Made by a program: the position numbers and the translations under genes
In this document: positions 41,367 to 49,207 of the stretch, one piece after another
Layout: each line of letters begins with the position of its first letter
How positions within the stretch are numbered: the stretch's first letter is position 1
From: Patescibacteria group bacterium
GTDB taxonomy: Bacteria; Patescibacteriota; Patescibacteriia; JACQRZ01
Assembly: GCA_038065255.1 (NCBI GenBank)
Contig: JBBTRI010000010.1
Span: 59,762 to 123,761, forward strand
Reading direction: 5' to 3'
Length of the DNA stretch: 64,000 nt
Notes under the pieces: model-generated
Database searches by the model: none
What the model was told of the DNA's origin: nothing
The model's input: only the letters and a program-made list of their open reading frames with translations

Positions 41367-42530
41367 TTAATGAGTAACTAATTTTTTTGAGTATAGTAAT
41401 TGCTGCGTATGATCCCGCCAAACCCTTGGAATACCCTGCTGGCAATCGAGTCCTTTTACATGAAGGTGTTCATCCTGTCCGTCAGAATAAAAGAGTACAA
41501 TTTCCTTCTTTAGATCACGGGCAAGCCGAGCTACAGCTTTAAGAAGTTTGTCGGTGTCATTATGTTCTCCGTCTCGTATTCCATACCAGTGCACTTCTAA
41601 AATATTTGGATAAATAATACTTCCTGTTGCTAGGACATATCCCGCAGTTTTTCCGTCAGCATCCTGAAGGTGAATACTATGGGGTTGAAAAACACCTTCG
41701 CCTTTGTTCTGAGCTAAAAAAAGATCTAAGCACGTTTCAAACTCATCAAATCTCTCGAGTGAGTAATTCTCCTTTGCGCATGTTAGTATGTCCTGCTTAT
41801 TGTTTTCTTGAACCTCCTCAAGAGGAAGCTGCAATTCACTTCCACTATAATCTGATGTATCGAATGCATATGTTCTAAGATGCCTACCGGGTCCAAAATA
41901 ATCATCAATGTGAAATCCGGATGCATATCCGTGCCGCTCATAGCGCTGTCGCATTTTTTCGTTTGATGGTAAGTCATCAACTTCTGCCAATACATGAGTT
42001 GCTCCTCGTGAACGCGCCATCGCTTCTACCCAATCAATAAGAAAACCGGCAAGTTTTTTCCCTTGCATATCTTTCCGAACCGACGTCCAGCCAATGCGGG
42101 CATTGAGATAGTGTGAATCATCGAGCTTGTCACGAGTTGCAAAACCCCTCCCTCCCTGAATATCAATAGTGTAAATGCCAGTAACGGCAATCACTTCACC
42201 CTTCTCATTGAGAGCAAGATAGTATTCAGGATTAAGAAGTCCCGGAACGCCTAACTGTTCCTGCTCAAAAACAGCTTTAAATGTACTTTGCATTGCATTA
42301 AAATCCGATTCATATTCCCAGGAATTCCTAACTGCCTGCAAAACACCGTCAACATTCTTTCGTGTAAGTGCTATTACAGATAATGGAAAAGGTTTTTCGG
42401 TTTTAAATAATGTCTCTTCTGGACTCTTGTGGTATGCCTGAATTTCGCTTTCAGTTATTTCCCCCCTCGTAAACCGCTCATTGCGTGCTTCGGGAGATTC
42501 ATGGGTGTCATGTCCGCTTGATTGCGCCAT
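41367..42530 (-). CDS. Tandem-GNAT acetyltransferase-like protein
   Basis: Two GNAT-like halves (MQGKKLAGFLIDWVEAMARSRGATHVLAEV and GKTAGYVLATGSIIYPNILEVHWYGI). 387 aa. Confidence 0.4.
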   Translation of the reverse strand: MAQSSGHDTHESPEARNERFTRGEITESEIQAYHKSPEETLFKTEKPFPLSVIALTRKNVDGVLQAVRNSWEYESDFNAMQSTFKAVFEQEQLGVPGLLNPEYYLALNEKGEVIAVTGIYTIDIQGGRGFATRDKLDDSHYLNARIGWTSVRKDMQGKKLAGFLIDWVEAMARSRGATHVLAEVDDLPSNEKMRQRYERHGYASGFHIDDYFGPGRHLRTYAFDTSDYSGSELQLPLEEVQENNKQDILTCAKENYSLERFDEFETCLDLFLAQNKGEGVFQPHSIHLQDADGKTAGYVLATGSIIYPNILEVHWYGIRDGEHNDTDKLLKAVARLARDLKKEIVLFYSDGQDEHLHVKGLDCQQGIPRVWRDHTQQLLYSKKLVTH

Positions 42531-42613
42531 AATACATTTGATTTATAACCAAAACAGTACCACCCCCTTGACAAAACGTCAAAAATGTGCATTATCAAAA
42601 AAACCTGAGAATA

Positions 42614-43096
42614 TCATCTCTTCATCTCTGTTTTTGGAAAAGGCGGATAAAAATCTTTATCGATCGTTCTTGAAAAGCAATACCTTCCGGCCACGTGCTG
42701 CCAAACAGCATTTCGAGAGTCGATACCCTTGGCAGGATACATCATGGGTCTCATGGGCATTGAGGATCCAGAAGTACCCTCTCCTTGCAATGCAAATGTT
42801 GCACACAGATCAAAAGTCAAATCTCCCGTTACGATATATTCATACTGGCGTTCATGTGCCGGATCACTCGGAATACTGACACCTCGAGTTGCATCATAGA
42901 GATCGTCAAGCGATAGAGGTAATTTCTCTTTACTCTGCCAGTAGTTGATAACCTCATATTGAATTTGCTGCAAGTTCCCAAGCCGTATTTCATCAAGCTG
43001 ACGAAGTCGCGCATTGCGAGGAGAGCCGACATACAGAAAGCCTGCAACGACTGCTGCCAGTACGACACCGCAAATTGTGAATATAAAATATTTCAT
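42614..43096 (-). CDS. Hypothetical membrane-anchored protein
   Basis: 160 aa. N-terminal TM FIFTICGVVLAAVVAGFLYV. No prepilin motif. Confidence 0.4.
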   Translation of the reverse strand: MKYFIFTICGVVLAAVVAGFLYVGSPRNARLRQLDEIRLGNLQQIQYEVINYWQSKEKLPLSLDDLYDATRGVSIPSDPAHERQYEYIVTGDLTFDLCATFALQGEGTSGSSMPMRPMMYPAKGIDSRNAVWQHVAGRYCFSRTIDKDFYPPFPKTEMKR

Positions 43097-43101
43097 TGCT
43101 T

Positions 43102-43608
43102 CTATGAGTCGCTATGCACTCTTAAATCCCAGAGATAGTATACAAAGATACTGGCCATCACAAATAAGATAGATAATGCTTTTAACACAAATCGCAATGT
43201 TGTCTCACCGCTCAAAAGATCGTTCACCAATGCAACCAAATCTCCAATGATAATAAGGCTTGCGGCAAACAATGTGAACCAGATAAGCCATTTACGGATG
43301 CCAAGACGCCACTTTTGCGGAGTTTTGGTATTAATACGAAATAGATATGCCATTGCAGCTAAATATACAGGGAAAACAATAATAATCGAGGCAAGGGCAA
43401 AGCGCAATGCTTGTGTGTTTCCGGAATACATCATGGTTGACTTTTCAAAAATTTCAGGCAATGAAATATTAATGATCTGGAAAACAATAGTTAGAAAACT
43501 TGCCGCACTCATGTAAAGCGTAACGATTGCCAAGAGATTTAGGAAAAAATCTTTTGGTGTTGCTCGCTGGATATTGTTTTCATTACTCATAGTTAGACTT
43601 TTTCCCAA
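43102..43608 (-). CDS. Hypothetical integral membrane protein (4 TM)
   Basis: 168 aa with four hydrophobic helices. Overlaps the DHH gene start. Confidence 0.45.
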   Translation of the reverse strand: MGKSLTMSNENNIQRATPKDFFLNLLAIVTLYMSAASFLTIVFQIINISLPEIFEKSTMMYSGNTQALRFALASIIIVFPVYLAAMAYLFRINTKTPQKWRLGIRKWLIWFTLFAASLIIIGDLVALVNDLLSGETTLRFVLKALSILFVMASIFVYYLWDLRVHSDS

Positions 43609-44426
43609 GGAAATGCGCCTTTATATTCATAGCTAAATCCTGCCGCACCCTTGTGCCCCCCACCACCATATTTTTTTGCCAACAAAGATACATCAACACC
43701 TTTTTTGTATGTCCTTAACGATACCTGGAGCTTGCCTTCTCGATAAAACCATGTAATGCCAAAAGGAACTTTTTTTTCGTGGGAAATGACATTGGCACTA
43801 TGCGAATAAAACAGCGGCGTGTTTACTGCATATACGCCATATCCTTCAAATGTTACTTTTTCCGCCCGTTGTACCAAGCGCCCTATCATACTATCTTCAG
43901 CATTCAAAAGCACACTGCCATCGCGCAACATTTCTTTCCGCCCCCTTTTTGTTTCAAGGGATTTTGCAATTGTATCAAATGAGGAAAATGTTTGATCACA
44001 GAACTGCAGCGCAGCTATCAGGCGATGTGTTTCAGAATTATTAAAACGAAAGAGATCATTGTCTTCAATAACATCAAGGAGATATGGGATTTTAGCGTTT
44101 GGATGAAAATACTTCCATGCTATGACACAACCTGAATTATCGGTTGTATAACGAAATTCTGGTACTAAACGAATGGCGTCCACCTGGCTTTCATGATGGT
44201 CCAAAATAATCACTTTTTTATTTGCTGCAATCACCTTTTTCATCACAGGGGTCGGATAGCAAAAATCTATGAAATAGAGGGTTCTTCCTTTAAGCTCTTT
44301 CGGTACGGTCTCTTGGTGTTCAAGACCGATATAGTCAGCTCGTGACCCGAATTTTTTCCACGCGGCATATGCCCCGCCAAATCCATCCAAACACCCTTTG
44401 TGATAGCATACTGCAATTTTTTTCAT
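43593..44426 (-). CDS. DHH/DHHA1 phosphoesterase (NrnA-like nanoRNase/pAp phosphatase)
   Basis: DHH motif (IILDHHESQ). DHHA1 GGGH motif (GGGGHKGAAGF). 277 aa. Confidence 0.75.
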   Translation of the reverse strand: MKKIAVCYHKGCLDGFGGAYAAWKKFGSRADYIGLEHQETVPKELKGRTLYFIDFCYPTPVMKKVIAANKKVIILDHHESQVDAIRLVPEFRYTTDNSGCVIAWKYFHPNAKIPYLLDVIEDNDLFRFNNSETHRLIAALQFCDQTFSSFDTIAKSLETKRGRKEMLRDGSVLLNAEDSMIGRLVQRAEKVTFEGYGVYAVNTPLFYSHSANVISHEKKVPFGITWFYREGKLQVSLRTYKKGVDVSLLAKKYGGGGHKGAAGFSYEYKGAFPWEKV

Positions 44427-44558
44427 AGGAATGCGTTATAGAGATATCAAGATAGTATAGTGTAGTTTGCAGAATCTGTGAATAGTCACACAATATAAAG
44501 CGTCAGAAATTAAAAAACTCGCCCTAGTGGGACGATCTTTTCTGGTAAAAAGTCAACC

Positions 44559-44966
44559 CTAGATCCCAAATACGTTCCAATCAATTGAATAGATTCCTGC
44601 GCCCATAATAAAGATAAGGAATGCGGATGTAAACAGGACCAAATCAAATTCCCATCCATTGTCGCCACTGAATCCCTTTTTCCAAACTTTGATTTTAAAA
44701 TATAATGCACCAAGCATTACAGCCATAATACATAGCGCTGCGATTTTGGTGAACGCGCCAATAAGCATGCCAATGCCGCTGAGAATCTCCACAACCGCAA
44801 GCGTTCTCCAAAGTGCAAGCCATGCAATGCTAAGTTTTGCATTGTGGTGCATTTTCCAGTAATGCAATTTTTGATCGCCATGAAACAAAAATACAGCAGC
44901 CAATGCAATGCGAGCTACGAACAATGCAGTATCTTGTAAATCTGCTAATTGGAAAAGTTCAAACAT
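44559..44966 (-). CDS. DoxX-family membrane protein
   Basis: 135 aa with ~4 TM. ALFVARIALAAVFLFHG is a DoxX-like N-terminus. Confidence 0.6.
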   Translation of the reverse strand: MFELFQLADLQDTALFVARIALAAVFLFHGDQKLHYWKMHHNAKLSIAWLALWRTLAVVEILSGIGMLIGAFTKIAALCIMAVMLGALYFKIKVWKKGFSGDNGWEFDLVLFTSAFLIFIMGAGIYSIDWNVFGI

Positions 44967-44984
44967 AAAGTGAAATATAAAAAG

Positions 44985-45479
44985 TTATCGTTTCTGATTT
45001 TTACGTCCATACAATTCATAGCCGCCAACAACCAGACTTGCGGCAATGAGTACAATGTTTTTGATAACAAACTCCCCTTCAAATGTAAGAAGGAATGGAT
45101 TGCTGCCAAAAAACATCGGAGGATACAACAAAAGAGCAATAAAAATGCCAAGCATTTGAAGCCAAAGCAACAACAATGCAACGCGTAAACCCCGATGAGC
45201 CATTAGTAAAATACCGATAAGACACTCCCATATGCCAAGAACCGCCATAAAAGCGCTCTGAGGCAGAAACCAATACGTTGCTGCAATGATTGGCGCCGCA
45301 GGACTTGCATTCATTACTTTAAGAAGGCCAAACCAGATGAAGACGATTGCAAGCGCATAGCGTAAAAGAGGAATGCCCCACTGATGCATTTCCGTAATAA
45401 ACAGAGAATCAATTTTTTGGAATGTCGGTTTCATTATGGTTAGTATAGCATACTTGACTTTTTCTACTAAACCTGTCAT
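44985..45479 (-). CDS. DoxX-like/DUF417-like membrane protein
   Basis: 164 aa with 4 TM (LLRYALAIVFIWFGLLK). Adjacent to the DoxX gene. Confidence 0.45.
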   Translation of the reverse strand: MTGLVEKVKYAILTIMKPTFQKIDSLFITEMHQWGIPLLRYALAIVFIWFGLLKVMNASPAAPIIAATYWFLPQSAFMAVLGIWECLIGILLMAHRGLRVALLLLWLQMLGIFIALLLYPPMFFGSNPFLLTFEGEFVIKNIVLIAASLVVGGYELYGRKNQKR

Positions 45480-45503
45480 TATTGATCTTACCGTACACTA
45501 ACA

Positions 45504-46142
45504 ATGAGTATTCGATCAGCGCGTACATCAAGACTTCCACTGACTGACGAACGTTTTTTTGAAATACGAGAGAAAGCCACAGAGCTCTTACAGACTTCTT
45601 ATGCGAGTAAACTAGAGGTCTTTCCAAAAGAGATTGATGAAATACCTCCATACATACGCAAGTTCGCATCTGAACTTAGTATACAAGAGGATGAATTTCT
45701 TGCATTCCTCATGCATGCAGGACTCCTCTACGCACTGGAACTTAGGAGGCATTATACAATCGTTGCAATGGATCATTTGGATATTTCTGACGTCCTTAAT
45801 CAAGTTTCTGCGTCATCAGACCATGGAAACATTCTTCTATTCAATTTGGATACAAGCAGCATCAAGGCACTTGTTGATAAGCACGCTTCAGGAGCTGGCA
45901 TTGATGCCTCCATCCTCGCATCTGCTCTCACGGGATTTATCTGCCTTGTCTCTGAACTTCTTATTGAGTTCCATAATAAAAGTGCGATTAATATTACGCT
46001 TGTTGAGCAAACCAAGCCGTCAATAGCACCTTACCTTGATCTGGTAAAGCGACTTCGGAAGTTTTCGGAAAGATTGGGACCATGGATTGATTCCGATGGA
46101 AATGTCTGCTTCAACGTTGGATCACTCATACTTATGATCTAG
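45504..46142 (+). CDS. Hypothetical cytoplasmic protein
   Basis: 212 aa. No motif. Confidence 0.4.
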   Translation: MSIRSARTSRLPLTDERFFEIREKATELLQTSYASKLEVFPKEIDEIPPYIRKFASELSIQEDEFLAFLMHAGLLYALELRRHYTIVAMDHLDISDVLNQVSASSDHGNILLFNLDTSSIKALVDKHASGAGIDASILASALTGFICLVSELLIEFHNKSAINITLVEQTKPSIAPYLDLVKRLRKFSERLGPWIDSDGNVCFNVGSLILMI

Positions 46143-46174
46143 CCCACCGACCCTCTATAAAGGGTCTTTTTTTA

Positions 46175-46966
46175 TTAGCTTTCATTTCGTGCGAATTGTC
46201 CGGTTTCTTGCGCACGCAAAAGAAGATATTTAAAAATCAAAAGAGAGCAAATGAAATAGAGGATATTAAGCATAAGTGCCGGCACTTGCCAATTCAGGGC
46301 AGGATTACCCATCAAAAGCGTTTCTCGTGCACCCTCAAAAACATACGTGATCGGAAAGAGAAATGCAAAACTATGGAACGGTTCGGGGATGATACTCATA
46401 GGATAGTACACCCCACAGAGAGGCTGGAAGATAAAAATAAGCGCCCATCCAAGCGCTTGGACACGAGTTCCAAAACGAAAAACACAACCCAATAGAACAA
46501 GCCCTACAGACCATGAGAAGAGAAGAAGATTAATAAATATCATCACCAGCGCCAAAGGACCCATACTAAACATATTGAATTTAAAAAGAGCTCCGGCGAG
46601 TGGAATAAGAACCAAAAATACACCACCTGAAGTAAGTATCCCTTGTGCCATCTGTGCAAGAAGAAACTCCGTAAGTGAAAGAGGTGATACAAACATATTC
46701 CCTAAGTTACGGGACCAGACATTCCAAAATGCTGATACCGTCATCGAATATTGGCTAATGCGCATAACCTCCCAAAGCATTGCTCCAAGAATTAGGTACT
46801 GTCCTGTCTGAGTCGCAATACTTCCAAGTGTTGCTTGAGATATGTACCCAAACACAACCACACCGATAAATGCAAAAAATGGAATATCCATAATGACCTC
46901 AAGGGATCGCCTGGTAATATGCCACTGCTGTATGAGTACGCCTCTAATTCTTTGGGGTGAAATCAT
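46175..46966 (-). CDS. ABC-2 type transporter permease
   Basis: 263 aa with 6 TM. Overlaps the start of the ATPase gene. ABC-2 topology. Confidence 0.7.
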   Translation of the reverse strand: MISPQRIRGVLIQQWHITRRSLEVIMDIPFFAFIGVVVFGYISQATLGSIATQTGQYLILGAMLWEVMRISQYSMTVSAFWNVWSRNLGNMFVSPLSLTEFLLAQMAQGILTSGGVFLVLIPLAGALFKFNMFSMGPLALVMIFINLLLFSWSVGLVLLGCVFRFGTRVQALGWALIFIFQPLCGVYYPMSIIPEPFHSFAFLFPITYVFEGARETLLMGNPALNWQVPALMLNILYFICSLLIFKYLLLRAQETGQFARNES

Positions 46967-47909
46967 AGGTGCCTCGTGCTATTTGCATAAATACATCATC
47001 GAGTGTAGGTTTTTCGATGGAAATATCTTCAACGGCAATCTGTGCTTTACTTAATTTTGCCAGAATAGCAGGAATTTCTTTTTGTTTAACTTCAGCGCAG
47101 ATGGTATGTGTGAAGGGAAAGGTGACCTGCTTTGAGTATGAGTGCATGAGTGTTTCGATTTTCTTTTTCTCTCCACCGAAGGTGATTTGAAGCCGTGCGT
47201 ATTCTATCTTTTGCGTTAAATTAAGCGGTGTATCATGGGCAGCTATAACACCGTGATCAAGAAAGATCACTTCATCGCAAATGCGCGTGACTTCGGCCAT
47301 GTCATGACTTGTATACAAGATAGAGATTTTCCGTTCGTCTCGCATTCGTTCAATAAGTGAAAGTAATTTATCGGCAATATCCGGGTCGAGTGAAGCAGTT
47401 GGCTCATCAAAGAGAAGAAGTTCAGGATCGTTAAGCAATGCTTTGACAATATTCACTCTTGTTTGTTGACCCTTAGAAAGATCCCAGTATTTCATCTTTA
47501 CGAGATTGGTTATTTCCAAAAGTTCTGTAAGTTCAGCTATTTTACTTCGGGCATTTTTTACACAATATAAATCAGCAAATACCAATAGATTTTCCATAAC
47601 AGATATGCGACCCTGAAGCGTATTGAACGAAGACGCAAAGTTGATGCGCGCCAAGCATGCCTGTTTTGCTTTGCTAAAATCCATGCCAAAATATTCAATG
47701 CGCCCTCCGTTTGACTGGGTAATACCAAGGAGAATCTGAATTGTCGTTGTCTTGCCTGCCCCGTTTGGTCCTAAGAGTCCCACAATACCTCCTTGCGGAA
47801 CGGCAAAAGTAATAGTATCAACGGCTTTATAGGTGCCGTAGATTTTCGTGAGATTGGTTACACTAAGAGCGCTTATACTTTTTGTCATAATAAAAAAATG
47901 ATACCACAA
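46944..47909 (-). CDS. ABC transporter ATP-binding protein
   Basis: Walker A GLLGPNGAGKTTT. Signature LSKGQQTRV. Walker B LLLFDEPT. Confidence 0.85.
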   Translation of the reverse strand: MWYHFFIMTKSISALSVTNLTKIYGTYKAVDTITFAVPQGGIVGLLGPNGAGKTTTIQILLGITQSNGGRIEYFGMDFSKAKQACLARINFASSFNTLQGRISVMENLLVFADLYCVKNARSKIAELTELLEITNLVKMKYWDLSKGQQTRVNIVKALLNDPELLLFDEPTASLDPDIADKLLSLIERMRDERKISILYTSHDMAEVTRICDEVIFLDHGVIAAHDTPLNLTQKIEYARLQITFGGEKKKIETLMHSYSKQVTFPFTHTICAEVKQKEIPAILAKLSKAQIAVEDISIEKPTLDDVFMQIARGTYDFTPKN

Positions 47910-47967
47910 ATGAAAACATACAAAAAGCTAGCATCACTAACGCGACTCTACTTGAGTATTCTATGAT

Positions 47968-48225
47968 CTATTTTTTACTTACGTAATTCCAAAGCAAAGC
48001 AAATAGATAACCGACAACGTATCCCTTTACGAGCGCAATGAGAACAAGGGCAATTGCATACATCAGATTAAATGATGCGATCTGATGATTGGGAACAATC
48101 ATGTGAAGCATGAAGATGAAATCAACAAGTCCCTGTGCCAACCCAAGTGCTACAAGTAGTGACCAAAAAACATGGAGCCCTCCAACAAGAATTCCCAGTG
48201 TAAGTCCTGTTTTTTGTGGATTCAT
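47968..48225 (-). CDS. Small hypothetical membrane protein (2-3 TM)
   Basis: 85 aa, hydrophobic. Confidence 0.35.
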   Translation of the reverse strand: MNPQKTGLTLGILVGGLHVFWSLLVALGLAQGLVDFIFMLHMIVPNHQIASFNLMYAIALVLIALVKGYVVGYLFALLWNYVSKK

Positions 48226-48239
48226 AAAAAAGGTATTGA

Positions 48240-48590
48240 TTATACAGCTTGCGGAAACGGCTCAAGCTTTGTTATGCGGTTTGCGTCTGCCTTTGTTAAG
48301 AGATTTCTCTCTACCATAATCTCGACAAGCGTAAATAATTTGCGGTCTTCGCCTCGCAGAAGCACAACAAGATCCCCTTTAAGTTCCATATTTTGCTTAG
48401 CGATATAATCAATAAGGTCCGAACGAAGCCTTCCAAGATCTTCCTTGGTGGCAAAGGCCTTAAGATCTTCCTTGGTTGCCATGTCCTTAATATCCTCTTT
48501 GGTTGCCATTCTCTGTGAGATATCATCAAAGCATGCCTTCACTATAAGAGCGAGTTCATCAATAGTCATTTGTTGTGGTTGTTGATTCAT
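48240..48590 (-). CDS. Small protein with three tandem 9-aa repeats (ATKED[IL]K..)
   Basis: MATKEDIKD / MATKEDLKA / FATKEDLGR, encoded by three 27-nt tandem DNA units at 48433-48513. Confidence 0.45.
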   Translation of the reverse strand: MNQQPQQMTIDELALIVKACFDDISQRMATKEDIKDMATKEDLKAFATKEDLGRLRSDLIDYIAKQNMELKGDLVVLLRGEDRKLFTLVEIMVERNLLTKADANRITKLEPFPQAV

Positions 48591-48754
48591 AGTTTAATCA
48601 ATTAAGATAACTAAATTTTAGCATGTATTTGCTATCAAACAAATACTGGAGTGCATTTTCCACTTTTCACCACTTATTTTGACAACTGAAGAAATGACAC
48701 TTTTCCTTATGGTTGTATTGTTTTTTATAGATTGAGTGGTATAGTACCCATACT

Positions 48755-49207
48755 ATGCCATTGAAAGCATCACCCTACAGAGCATTTGTGTGGTTTTTTA
48801 CACGGCCCAAACTTCAAGGTACGTCTTGTATTTTGCGATGTGGCAATGAAGTATTGCTTGTTGACTACAAATATGGCAGTGGATGGAATTTTCCAACAGG
48901 GCTCATTCAAATAGAAAACGAAAGTCCACAAGACGCTGCTCACCGTGAGCTCAGAACTGAATTTTCCATTCGGACAAAGATGCTACAATACATCGGATAC
49001 GTCTTTTGTAGATTCCAATGCCGCAGGGATCGTATTTTTTGTTTCGTTGTTGAGTTGAATAGTAAAGACGTGGATATCAACAATAAAGATATTCGAGGAA
49101 TACAATGGGTTTCTATTCCAGAACTCGAGAACATCACAATATCCCCTTTTTCAAAGGAAATTATTGCTCGCTGGTTCAAAAAGCAACGCCAAACTATTAC
49201 CACCTAG
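48755..49207 (+). CDS. NUDIX hydrolase
   Basis: GWNFPTGLIQIENESPQDAAHRELRTEFSI approximates the Nudix box (G..E x7 REx2xE). 150 aa. Confidence 0.55.
   Translation: MPLKASPYRAFVWFFTRPKLQGTSCILRCGNEVLLVDYKYGSGWNFPTGLIQIENESPQDAAHRELRTEFSIRTKMLQYIGYVFCRFQCRRDRIFCFVVELNSKDVDINNKDIRGIQWVSIPELENITISPFSKEIIARWFKKQRQTITT

Noticed and set aside
41355-41445. N-terminal 30 codons of ORF 40270..41445 (overlapping the upstream gene by 78 nt)
   Set aside because: The overlap region encodes a low-complexity peptide. The internal Met at 41355 gives a 12-nt intergenic gap and is the more plausible start. A frameshifted fusion of the two GNAT genes cannot be excluded.
48433-48513. Possible CRISPR-like short tandem repeat
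   Set aside because: The three 27-nt units are directly contiguous with no spacers, and they are in-frame inside an ORF, where they encode a peptide repeat. There are no cas genes. It is not a CRISPR array.
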